From positions 2,016,001-2,080,000 of the forward strand of contig OY829846.1 of the NCBI GenBank assembly GCA_963691875.1: a stretch of 64,000 nucleotides of DNA, in the 5' to 3' direction. The translations under genes were made by a program, and so were the position numbers. This stretch comes from Aureliella sp. (GTDB lineage: Bacteria > Planctomycetota > Planctomycetia > Pirellulales > Pirellulaceae). The number at the start of each line of letters is the position of its first letter. The stretch's first letter is position 1. Shown piece after piece: positions 21,566 through 31,057 of this stretch. The notes under the pieces are model-generated. The model was not told the origin of the DNA, did no database searches, and was given only the letters and a program-made list of their open reading frames with translations.

Positions 21566-22616
21566 GCTTTGGGCACTTGCAATTGCTGTTGTGACTGCTG
21601 TTTCCTGCGCTTTGTGCGGCAGCCTACTCGTTGTCAATCGACAATCGATGGTCAGCGAAGCTCTTAGCCACGCCGTGCTACCAGGACTGGCGCTCGCCTT
21701 TTTCTTGCTGCGTGACTACAACTCACCTTGGCTGCTCATTAGTGCCGCCGCAGGTGGAATGCTAATGATTTGGCTAACTGAGCTGTTTCGAAGTACGCGA
21801 ATCGTAGATTCAGATGCAAGCCTTGGAATTGTCTTTGCAGGCATGTTCAGTCTCGGTATTTTGCTTGTCGCCAACTTGCTCCGAGACACACACTTTCATG
21901 CAGATTGTGTTTTGGAAGGCAACTTGGTGCTGGCACCATTTGATCGACTGCGCTGGGGCGAGGTGGACTTGGGGCCGCGTGACTGGTGGCTAATGTCGGG
22001 CATTGTGACGCTTCAGCTGGTGTTTATCCTGGTCTCCTATAAAGAACTGAAAGCGATGCTGTTCGACCCGCAACTTGCCGGACGCTTCGGGTTGCGTCCC
22101 AAGCTTTTTGAGATGATTTGGTTATCGGTAGTTTCATTAACTACCGTTGCCGCCTTTAATGTCGCGGGCTCGATCTTGATTGTAGGGCTGATGATCGCAC
22201 CACCGGCTGCCGCATTTCTTTTGACTCAAAGATTGAGTCACCTCTTGATTGTTGCAACGGCCCTCGCCATTCTTAGCGCCATGGTGGGTTTCCTCGTTTC
22301 CATACCAATGGAGATCGCGCCGACTGGACCTGTTGCCTCGTCTGCCGGCCTCATTTTTCTACTTGTTTATCTTTTTGCCCCAAGGTCTGGTCTCGTTTCG
22401 CAGCACTTTCAACGGAAACGCAAGCGTGCGGACACCATCGAGTGCCTAGTGCTGCAGCTCGTTGCCGACAACACCTCGCTCGACCATCTGACCAAGAATT
22501 GGAATTCCGTGTTACGCAGTTTGATTGATAGGGAACTATTGGTGCAAGCCAACGACAAAATGCTATTAACTTCCTTTGGACAGTCAAAACTGGATTCAAT
22601 GCTGGCCGAGCTTTAG
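21555..22616 (+). CDS. metal ABC transporter permease (TroD-like)
   Basis: EALSHAVLPG, multiple TM helices. Confidence 0.9.
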   Translation: MSAELWALAIAVVTAVSCALCGSLLVVNRQSMVSEALSHAVLPGLALAFFLLRDYNSPWLLISAAAGGMLMIWLTELFRSTRIVDSDASLGIVFAGMFSLGILLVANLLRDTHFHADCVLEGNLVLAPFDRLRWGEVDLGPRDWWLMSGIVTLQLVFILVSYKELKAMLFDPQLAGRFGLRPKLFEMIWLSVVSLTTVAAFNVAGSILIVGLMIAPPAAAFLLTQRLSHLLIVATALAILSAMVGFLVSIPMEIAPTGPVASSAGLIFLLVYLFAPRSGLVSQHFQRKRKRADTIECLVLQLVADNTSLDHLTKNWNSVLRSLIDRELLVQANDKMLLTSFGQSKLDSMLAEL

Positions 22617-22640
22617 CAGACTCGAGTCGACAAATTATCG

Positions 22641-22838
22641 ATGAAATCACTTTGCAAATTGAGCAAATCCGACTTGCTGAAGGTCATTCCGCAGCTGTGC
22701 GAAGACCTGTCCGAATGCAAATTCGTGTGCCGCAAATGCGCGAGGCTTGCCCCAGGGAAAGACTGGCTCTGCAAACCCAACTCTATTGCCAAAGTCCTCC
22801 GTCTCGAGGAGGAAAAGTCTAGCGTCGGCAAGGACTAG
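22641..22838 (+). CDS. small Cys-rich protein
   Basis: MKSLCKL...FVCRKCARLA...LCKP, 24 bp downstream of the permease. Confidence 0.65.
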   Translation: MKSLCKLSKSDLLKVIPQLCEDLSECKFVCRKCARLAPGKDWLCKPNSIAKVLRLEEEKSSVGKD

Positions 22839-23015
22839 GGCGTTGGTTCATTCTGAGCGGCTTTGGCGACAACTTTCGGCTCATAAGTTCGCCCCCGCCT
22901 ATACGGACTGGCCGCGATACACAATCAGTCTGCTCGCGAAATACTTCACGGCGATACGGCTCACGACAGAAGCTCACTCTTCGTTTGACGCTCCGGCCCC
23001 GGCATGCTTTACTCT

Positions 23016-24449
23016 TCAATCAGCAAGAAACGCCGCAAGTGTGCTAAGGCTTTCAGTCGTGCGTAACATGTCGATTACCGCCCCCGGGCGTTTGTGATAA
23101 CGCATGCCCTCCGTGCTAACCCATGCGCCGCGTTCGTCAATCGATTGCATAATTGCCACCACCTCCTTCTCTCTCACTCGCCTTGTGGGGCGGCGCGATG
23201 CCTCGCGTCGTTTCTCCAGCTGCGTCTGTGTCAAAGCAGAAACTTCTTTGTACTTAGCTCGTAACTTGGCGACTGAGCTGGCCACCTGGAACCCGTAGTG
23301 CGTTGGCATATCGGAATCATCGTAGGTGAGCTGATAGTCCTTGGTGAAATAGAGCGGACGATTGCTGCCCAGCTCGTAAAATCGAGCCAATCGTCCATCC
23401 GGTACTTGTGAACGTTCCAAATAGTCGAGTGCTCGCGGAATGGGCTTTAAGTATTTTTGTTCGCCGGTGCAAAGGTAGATGTCCAGCAGTGTTCGAATCA
23501 CTCCTTGCGATTCGCCACCTGTGATCGCAGCTGGCTCAAACTTGCGTGCCCATATCGGCTGCATGGCGTAGCTGTATTGCTGTGCCCAAGCTGGTTGTGG
23601 TTCAGGCAACTGTGCAAGCAGCAGAAAATCAGCTAACTTGATTGCAGCTTCGCGATAGCGTTCTTCACTATAAACTCGGTGAGCCAACATCAATGTGGCG
23701 AATACGTCCGGTGCCAAGTTGTCGTTCAAGGTTGGCCGGTACCAGTAGTTTTGATGACCTGCATACTTGCGCGACCAGCTTTCAGGAAAACTTGCGGGAG
23801 CGTTCGGATCGATTTCATCTGGCAAACTTCCCTTGAGCATCCGCGAGTACACCTGCGGAAATCCACCGTTGGCAAACTGTCCATGCTCGATCAATCCGTT
23901 CAAAGCGAAAACAGCCATGTCGTGAACAGCTTCGTCCTGGAACTCCAACGCCTTGTCCAATCGAACAACGAATCGCATCGCAGACTGAGATTTATCATCA
24001 TCGAGGCTCGACTGATCCTTGGCTTTCCGAGGCTGCTTGGCGTGAGTTCGATAAGCCCATTTGACGCGGCGCTGCGGCTCAAACTCAATGGAAGCCTGCC
24101 AACCGCCGGAAAGCATTTGCCCCTTGCGTAACGCTTCGCCAACTTGTCGCGCTGCGGCTAAGAATTGCTGGTCCCCAGTAGCGGCATACAAGTCCAAGAA
24201 CGCTTCGCCCATTGTCGGAGTTCCCGGAGGCTGGGTCCAAACCGTTTGGGTTGTGACAATTCCCTCTCCCTCTCGCAAAGCAAGATCCGCCGAGTACCGC
24301 CAGAGGTAACCACCCTCAGTGCTAACCTCTTCCGTCAAGAACCGCACCGCTTTTTTTGCTGCTGCCATGGCATCCGCCGCTGTATCGGCGCGGCCCCAAG
24401 GAATCAGCGTGCAAAGCAAACACAAAAACGAAACAATCTTGATTGCCAT
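23016..24449 (-). CDS. pectate lyase, PL10/PelA-like, secreted
   Basis: Signal peptide, GGYLWRYS, SSLDDD, NGGFPQ, WAQQY...PIWARKFEP, ARFYE. Confidence 0.8.
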   Translation of the reverse strand: MAIKIVSFLCLLCTLIPWGRADTAADAMAAAKKAVRFLTEEVSTEGGYLWRYSADLALREGEGIVTTQTVWTQPPGTPTMGEAFLDLYAATGDQQFLAAARQVGEALRKGQMLSGGWQASIEFEPQRRVKWAYRTHAKQPRKAKDQSSLDDDKSQSAMRFVVRLDKALEFQDEAVHDMAVFALNGLIEHGQFANGGFPQVYSRMLKGSLPDEIDPNAPASFPESWSRKYAGHQNYWYRPTLNDNLAPDVFATLMLAHRVYSEERYREAAIKLADFLLLAQLPEPQPAWAQQYSYAMQPIWARKFEPAAITGGESQGVIRTLLDIYLCTGEQKYLKPIPRALDYLERSQVPDGRLARFYELGSNRPLYFTKDYQLTYDDSDMPTHYGFQVASSVAKLRAKYKEVSALTQTQLEKRREASRRPTRRVREKEVVAIMQSIDERGAWVSTEGMRYHKRPGAVIDMLRTTESLSTLAAFLAD

Positions 24450-24454
24450 GAGCT

Positions 24455-25996
24455 CTACTTCCCTTCGGCGGCCCACTTTTTCATCAGTGCGATGTTGTCA
24501 GTAATGCGCTGCAAGTGCGCTTCAGACTTCTTGCCTTTGATTCCACTCAGGTAGATCGCCATGTCGCTGTCGTACATCTCAGCTGACTCAGGTTTACGTC
24601 CCTGATCTCCGCTCGATTCCATCCAATCCTCTAAGGCCTGACGCATCTTGGAAAGCTGAGCGGCGTATCGCGGATCTTGAGCCAGATTGTTCAGTTCATG
24701 GGGATCAGCCTGCATGTCGAACAACTCCTCAACTGGTCGAGTCTGGCGGAAAACCGTTTCCTGCGCTGCATTGAGCTTTCCCGCCTCGTGCCACTCTCTC
24801 AAAGCAATCAATATACGCTTGGCATCTTTATAGGCGCAAGGCTGCAAGTAAGGCCGCTTGGGCAAAAAGTTGCGAATGTACTTGAAGCGTTTATCTCTCA
24901 CACTTCGCAAATGATCGACGGTTTCGTCGCAGCGATCGCGGGCCGAAAACACATACTCGCGAGGTAGATAGTCTTTGGATAAGATATCACGCGCTTGCAT
25001 CGCTTCGGGGATCTCAATTCCGGCTGCACCTAAAGACAGGGCAGCGATGTCGATATGCTCAACGACATCTTCCCTTACCGAACCAGCTTCAATGCCCGGC
25101 CCGCTGATAACCAGAGGAACATGAATCCCCTCCTCGTAAAGGAACTGTTTCCCTCGAGCATGGCTGATTCCATGATCGGTCATAAACAATACCAGCGTAT
25201 TCTGTCGCAAACCTTCCTTTTCCAGCCGATCCAGCACTTCGCCAACCATCAGATCCGTCAATCGCACGGACTCCAAGTACGCTTTCCAATCACGAATAAT
25301 AATGTCCGAATGCTTAGGATAGTAAGGCGGAAGCTCGACGACTGCTTCTGGCGTCTCCGCCCCGAAGGCTTTTTTCGCCGCATTACCCATGCGATCCCAA
25401 CCAGTAGAATCGGAGCCTCGCAATTTGCCGCCCGGTGTCATGATCTGCGCGAAGAAAGGCTGCCCAGGCTTGCGATTCGCCCAGTCACTGCCGTTGTAGA
25501 TCCCGCGATCCCACTCGAAGTTGTAGTCTGTCTTGCCGAGTCTATCGGGCTTGATTGGCCAGCCACTGATGGTCGTGTAATAACCGGCATCCTGAAAGAA
25601 CTTGGGCACGAGCTTAATATTCTCTGGGAGCTTTATCTTCCGTGCACCACGCCCGCTTCGATGATGATGCGCTCCAATACTCGTCTGGTACATCCCGGTG
25701 ATAAATGCCGAGCGACAAGTGGAACACACCGGGGCCGTTACCACTGCATTGGTAAACTTCACACCTTCGGCCGCTAGCCGATCTACGTTTGGCGTTTTGA
25801 TCGCAGTCTCGCCATAGCATGAAAAGTTGGCCGACATGTCATCTGGGATGATCCAAACGATATTCTGGGGATTGGACTTCTCGTGTGCTTGCGGCTCTGA
25901 AGCTACAGCTGGCTTTGTTTGCAGCGTTAGAAACGCTAGTGCGAAGCCACCAAGAAACAGGGCTCTTTTCAGCTGAGTGGAAGAGGATTTAAACAT
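24455..25996 (-). CDS. formylglycine-dependent sulfatase
   Basis: NIVWIIPDD, PVCSTCRSAFITG, TDHG, RDRCDE. Confidence 0.92.
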   Translation of the reverse strand: MFKSSSTQLKRALFLGGFALAFLTLQTKPAVASEPQAHEKSNPQNIVWIIPDDMSANFSCYGETAIKTPNVDRLAAEGVKFTNAVVTAPVCSTCRSAFITGMYQTSIGAHHHRSGRGARKIKLPENIKLVPKFFQDAGYYTTISGWPIKPDRLGKTDYNFEWDRGIYNGSDWANRKPGQPFFAQIMTPGGKLRGSDSTGWDRMGNAAKKAFGAETPEAVVELPPYYPKHSDIIIRDWKAYLESVRLTDLMVGEVLDRLEKEGLRQNTLVLFMTDHGISHARGKQFLYEEGIHVPLVISGPGIEAGSVREDVVEHIDIAALSLGAAGIEIPEAMQARDILSKDYLPREYVFSARDRCDETVDHLRSVRDKRFKYIRNFLPKRPYLQPCAYKDAKRILIALREWHEAGKLNAAQETVFRQTRPVEELFDMQADPHELNNLAQDPRYAAQLSKMRQALEDWMESSGDQGRKPESAEMYDSDMAIYLSGIKGKKSEAHLQRITDNIALMKKWAAEGK

Positions 25997-26254
25997 CAAT
26001 TTGACCAATTGGGAAAGGCAAAGTTCGTTGCAAAACCGGGTTGAATCATAGTTACACTTTGCACGAGTTGGTCTTCGGGCGCCCCGCAACGCAGGCGAAG
26101 TGACCAGTCGTTTCCCGCGCTCACGCATCGGGTTTCCAAAATGCGCAACGCGCAACATCGATTCCCCGGACATTGTAGCTTGTTCGGACGCTGGTCGCTA
26201 AACTCACATTTGGCGGGTTGAATTGCCGTGTGAAAGAAAACCGTCGAACTATAA

Positions 26255-26788
26255 ATGAACAAAGCTACTCGCATTGGCCTTCTCTGCGGTATCAATGTCG
26301 GCGGCAAGAACATACTGCCGATGGCCCACTTGCGAGAAATCGCGACTTCGTTCGGCTACAAGAGTGTTCAGACCTACATCCAAAGCGGCAACTTGGTTTT
26401 TGAATTGAGCCGATTCGCAGCAAAGCTTACGAACGAGTTGGCTTCTGCGATAGAAGCCGAGTTTGGCTTTTCGGTTTCCACGATTGTATTGACCGGACCG
26501 GAACTGACGGAGGCTGTCGAAAAGAATCCTTGGTCAAATGAAGAACTCGAGGCACTCCACTTCGGAGTTCTTTCTCAGAATCCAACTCAGAAGCAAATTG
26601 CCGCAATCCTCGTCATCGACTCTGGCGACGACCGATGGCGTTGCGAAGGACAATTCGCTTACTTCTATTGTCCCAACGGATTGGCTCGCACCAAACTGAC
26701 TAATACTTTTTTCGAACGGCAGCTCTCATGCAAAATGACGGTTCGGAACTGGAAGACAACCCAGAAACTGATTGAGTTGATCTTATAG
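26255..26788 (+). CDS. DUF1697 family protein
   Basis: GINVGGKN..PM, VQTYIQSGNLVF, TVRNWKT. Confidence 0.85.
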   Translation: MNKATRIGLLCGINVGGKNILPMAHLREIATSFGYKSVQTYIQSGNLVFELSRFAAKLTNELASAIEAEFGFSVSTIVLTGPELTEAVEKNPWSNEELEALHFGVLSQNPTQKQIAAILVIDSGDDRWRCEGQFAYFYCPNGLARTKLTNTFFERQLSCKMTVRNWKTTQKLIELIL

Positions 26789-26805
26789 TCGAACGGAACA
26801 GAACA

Positions 26806-27130
26806 ATGCGCCAGATACTAACTAGTCAATCGTTTGACTACACCTTCGAAGGTGGCTGGCGATTTCGTGTTCAGTTTCAAGATGGCATGGCCGCCAATCA
26901 GTTTGTCGTGGAAGACACAGGTGAGGTCTCCAACCAGAAGAGCGACATTCCCTATCAAGCTCGAATGATCTAGTAAGGACTCTAGCAGTTGGCCTTGCAT
27001 GAAACAAACGCCGGCGATCTTTTTTCACTCGTCATTGACCGACAGCAGAACAAGATTCACGCAGCCGCATCACTTGGCTAGCGCGGCAATGATGCAGGCT
27101 TTCACTTAAAGTCTGGTGAAATCCACGCTG
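26806..27130 (+). pseudogene. decayed gene resembling a MoaF-related domain
   Basis: From ATG 26806: FDYTFEGGWRFRVQF...IPYQARMI**GL*QLALHE..GDLFSLVID...KIHAAASLG*; protein-like sequence continues across several stops. Confidence 0.35.
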
Positions 27131-27639
27131 GAATCGCAACTAAACGGATTGGCGAACAGCCCAAACCGCGTGACAGACAAATCACTATTTTGCGCGATCT
27201 GCGATACTGAGAACCTGGAAGCGTTTGAGCCCAATTCCTATTCGCGTAAGCCAGGTTTACACTGCAAGGATTGTGGAGATCCCCTTCGTGCTCCAGAATC
27301 AGGCAAGATCTACGTTGGCATTCGCTGGCTTGTAACTCTCTTCGTCCCACTTGGAGTTTCAATGTTGGCGCCTTGACAAGGAAACCCGTTCGCCACTGAT
27401 CAAACTTGGAGCTGCAGCCGCCGGTTTCGCGATCCGGCAAGTCCTCCAACCTGCAGCAAAGTTCGCGGCCGACGAATCAAGTTGAAAACCCAGCGGGCCC
27501 AACCAGCCCCAAACCGCAATTGGGATAAACCAGCACCCAACGCAAACTCAGTACCGCGTATCCTCGTAATCTCAACGAATCTGAAGTCATTGGGCTCGTC
27601 CATGAGAAGCTGCTACGCTATGCAACAATTCCTGGATCG

Positions 27640-27996
27640 TCACTCCTCTTAGCCGAGTGGTGCGATCATCGGCTTGCTTTCAAATGTTGTCACATTCTCT
27701 ATTCAAAGCTACTGGGTCAGTTCCAGGCAAAGTATTGCCAAGCTTGAGATTTCCAAGCTCTCGATACTTTCAACAATTCATACGATCGATATCCAACTAT
27801 GGAAGAAGGTCTTGCAGCCTTGTCGCAGGAGTCCGACAAGTTCATTCATAGGATCATTCCAGCTCTTCCAGTCGGTCCACGGGGCAAGCCTTACGAATAC
27901 AACAGCCTAGGACGCAATCAACCCTATGAGATCATTTGCTACGGTGCCGACCACCGAGAAGGCGGCACTGCTCTGATATCACAAGCGATAAGCTGA
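27640..27996 (+). pseudogene. type II secretion pseudopilin GspG remnant
   Basis: IIGLLSNVVTFSIQSY..SSRQSIAKLEISK, then in another frame DRYPTMEEGLAAL...GKPYEY...YEIICYGADHREGG. Confidence 0.65.
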
Positions 27997-28093
27997 TGAA
28001 CAGAGACTAAAAACGCGAGATTTTTCCCGCCGCCGAAGCACGCCAGTTGCACGAACAGCCGACAGATCGCGACTTAGGCCTGGAGAAGAAAAG

Positions 28094-28139
28094 AAAGGGT
28101 GAGTAACGGGGCTCGAACCCGTGACCACTGGAACCACAA
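28094..28139 (-). repeat. att site: 46-bp duplication of the tRNA-His 3' half
   Basis: AAAGGGTGAGTAACGGGGCTCGAACCCGTGACCACTGGAACCACAA is identical to 41322-41367. Confidence 0.95.
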
Positions 28140-28527
28140 GCGTAAGCGTCGGCACGCGAAAAACGCTGTTTTCTCTCAGGAACACGAAGATTTCTTTCGT
28201 CATTTCCCGTTCGCAGAGTTTAGCAAAGTGGTACACGCAAATCCAGCGTTTTGCAGTACTTACCATCTCTCGATGTGGACAAAAATGGTAATTACCATCT
28301 GCAATTACGGGTCCGCCGCGCCCGCCGGCGAAGACTCAAAAAAGTAACCGTCAACCAGCAACACTCAATGGCACTGGTGGACGCTCACACACCAATGCGT
28401 CGACAGAATTGAGCAACCGAAAGCCCGCTTTGGCCAAAGTCCTCCAACTAAGCCGCCCACTGGTCCGCCCAATAACGCTTCCGCATGTCGATCTCTTTCA
28501 AGAAAACCTAGAAGCCTAGATGATCCG

Positions 28528-28788
28528 TCAACATGCACTTCTACGTGCTCTCACGTAATGATCGCTGGAGGGTGGGCTGTGCTTCGGAACGCAAAGCCCG
28601 GTGACCTCAGCAGCCATAACTTCACAAATCATCTCACGCGCATATCCTCGCAGGAAGTCGCGAAAAATTTGCCCTGTCCGTGGCGCAGAAACTTGCCCGA
28701 GTGATTCCAAAAGACTTTCTTCGTTCATGATGGTTTCCCCCTTGTTTGCAGCCGACGAAAATTGAGGAATTGCGAAAGGCGGACCTCT
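28528..28788 (-). mobile_element. IS256-family-like transposase 5' remnant (copy 1)
   Basis: From ATG 28728: MNEESLLESLGQV...IFRDFLRG..REMICEVMAAEVTGLCVPKH; truncated. Confidence 0.6.
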
Positions 28789-28845
28789 GCCGTCCAGGAG
28801 ACCATCTTTCAATAATGAATGGAACGCTTCCGAATTCGATTGCAA

Positions 28846-29713
28846 TCACTGCGGTGAGCTTTTCTCAAGATCTGCTAGTCGCTCGAGGATGATGTCCAGC
28901 TTTTGCTCAAGCTGTTGCAGTTCTGAGTCTGATTCTTCTTGCATTGAGTCTAGGTTTTCTTTCATCACCGAGTCGTAGTTATTACATACTGCTCCGACCA
29001 CAAGATTGATCAGCAGGAATGCAGTGGAAATATAAAACGACATAAAGAATACCGTGACCACGAATGCCCCGCTTGCTGATTTTCCAGCCAACAAATCATA
29101 ACGCAAATCTGTCCAGTCTTCTCCGGTCAGTACTCTGAACATACTGAACATTGCTTCTGGAACGCTTGCGAATGGGTCGACCACTTCTCCGATGGCAGTG
29201 ATAACGACTGACTGATCTCGGAATAGAAGTACTCCGATGATCGAATACACGTACTTTGATGATCACTAGGAGGCAGACAGAAAAAAGAGAAGAGATCGAT
29301 TTGAATAAAACCTTTGTGATGACCTGCAATTCGGGGAAAGCTTTGACCAAGCGGAATACGCGAAAAACACGTAAAATCCGAAGGGAGGTAAGGAGTTGCG
29401 GATTAGGTATCCAAGTATCTGGAGCAAATGTGAGGCTCACTAGAAAGATGTCGAACCAGTTCCAGTAATTGGTAAGGTAGTCTCGGGCATTTTCCTTTCC
29501 AAACCAACGTATTCCAATCTCCAATGTGAAGCATGCGAGTATTACTTTTTGGATGAGAGCGATAGAGGCGACGTTGTGATCCAACTCTATACCAATTAAG
29601 ACGCTATTGATTACGATCAATGTTGTAATGAATACATTGAAAAAAGACGAATCGACAATTGTCCTGCATCGTGGGCACACTTGATATCTAATGAAATTTT
29701 GCATTTGGTGCAT
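28846..29713 (-). pseudogene. voltage-gated BacNav-type ion channel, frameshifted near 29255
   Basis: S1-S4 with WNWFD and LRILRVFRVFRLVK in ORF 29096-29932; pore FRVLTGEDWTD, S6 INLVVGAV and coiled coil in ORF 28846-29250. Confidence 0.85.
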
Positions 29714-29827
29714 GCGTTGTGTTGGGGAACGAATTTGATATTGATTGTTGCAAATTGCTTGACGATCACCGATCTGGAAAGCGTCCCAATAATTGTTGAA
29801 AGTTGCAAGATGGTCTTCCAAAAAACA

Positions 29828-30190
29828 GAATCTGACCTTCGCAACTTTTTCAATTTTCGTCGGGCGTAACCGACGGGGAGACCAACATGAAAGGAGTCGG
29901 TTTTTTGCAATCTCTCGGGCAAATTGCGGCATCGCAATCTGGACAAGTCTTCCGCGACTTACTGCGAGGTTACGTCCGGAAAACGATCTGTGGAGTCATT
30001 GCTGCCTAGTCATAGAGCTTTGTGGTCCCAAGCACCATCCCTCACCAAGTGATCACTATCCCGCGGGCACCGCGCGTGTGCTTGTCGATGGGGAGTGGGA
30101 AGAAGTCGCTCGTCCGCGGGTGCGTCAAAAAGCCCCTGAAGGTAAAAGCAGCGAAATGGAACTGGCCAGTTGCCTGGCCCCCAAAGCTCA
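29828..30190 (+). mobile_element. IS256-family-like transposase 5' remnant (copy 2, frameshifted)
   Basis: From ATG 29887: MKGVGFLQSLGQI...VFRDLLRGYVRKTICGVIAA* then VIELCGPKH...EVARPRVRQ; shares the upstream CAATTTTCGTCGG motif with copy 1. Confidence 0.6.
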
Positions 30191-30268
30191 TCCTGCTGCT
30201 GCTTCATTATCCACGGTTCATTTGAGTCAGCATAAATTTCGCCCTGATCCTGAATCCAGTCAAGGAAC

Positions 30269-30988
30269 TCAGCGTTTTCGGGGAGTCGGTTCCAAGTCAG
30301 AATCAGTGAACTTGGACGAGAATTTCTTTGCTTCTTCTATGACCAAATGATTGTCCGCCTCCACAACCTTACCAGTTAACGTTCTCGCAGTTGATAACTA
30401 AGCGATGGACGCATAGTGCTCAGAAGCTTCATTTTCATCGTAAAGATTCCACCTTGACTTGACGGGTTTTGTGGCCCCGGCATCTAAGTCGGATACGTCA
30501 GTTGCGGTTAACGTTGATACGTGGCGTCCCCAGACGTTAAACAAAAGAAATCGCACTTCAAAGGCGCAAATGCCCTCTAAAGCTTTAACCGCGTAGCCCG
30601 CTGAGTAGTAGTATTCGCCGGCTGAGTAATCGGTTTCCGGTTCGTAAGCCGTAACGACACCCGTGCAACCGCATAAGCCGACAGGCATCGTGGTGTCGAT
30701 AACAGTGATAAACTCGCGTTCGAGACTCGATTCTTTATTCAGAATGATCGTTCGTGATAGCCGTGTACGAATCGATCCGCCAGATGCTTTTAATACTAAT
30801 AGCCCTTGTTCAGGGGTTTGCTCAGGCATGAGCTCTTCCGCTATCGAATCCTCCGCTATCGAATCTTCCGCTGAAGTAGGTTCAATCGCGGACGCATGCT
30901 TGCATTTAGGGCATTTTGTTGCTCTGCCGATGAATTGATCGTCGACAGATTGTTGATACCCGCATTGTTTGCACAGAAATCTCGCCAT
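30269..30988 (-). pseudogene. Zn-ribbon-containing hypothetical protein with an internal amber stop at 30398-30400
   Basis: CKQC...CPKC; the frame stays protein-like past the TAG (LSTARTLTGKVVEAD...EEAKKFSSKF...) to TGA 30269. Confidence 0.6.
30834..30872. repeat. 15-bp tandem repeat encoding AEDSI
   Basis: TCTTCCGCTATCGAA TCCTCCGCTATCGAA TCTTCCGCT. Confidence 0.7.
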
Positions 30989-31057
30989 TTCCCCCAGCCT
31001 TGCTCTCAGTAGAAGTCAGTCTCGTGGTTTAGTCGCTCTTCAAATCTCAATTGGTGT

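Noticed and set aside
28094..28139. Second tRNA-His gene
   Set aside because: Only the 3' half up to the anticodon loop is present, so it is the att duplication
29793..30350. 185-aa ORF as an intact gene
   Set aside because: A chimera: only the middle matches the frameshifted IS256-like remnant, and the rest is off-frame or antisense to the Zn-ribbon gene tail
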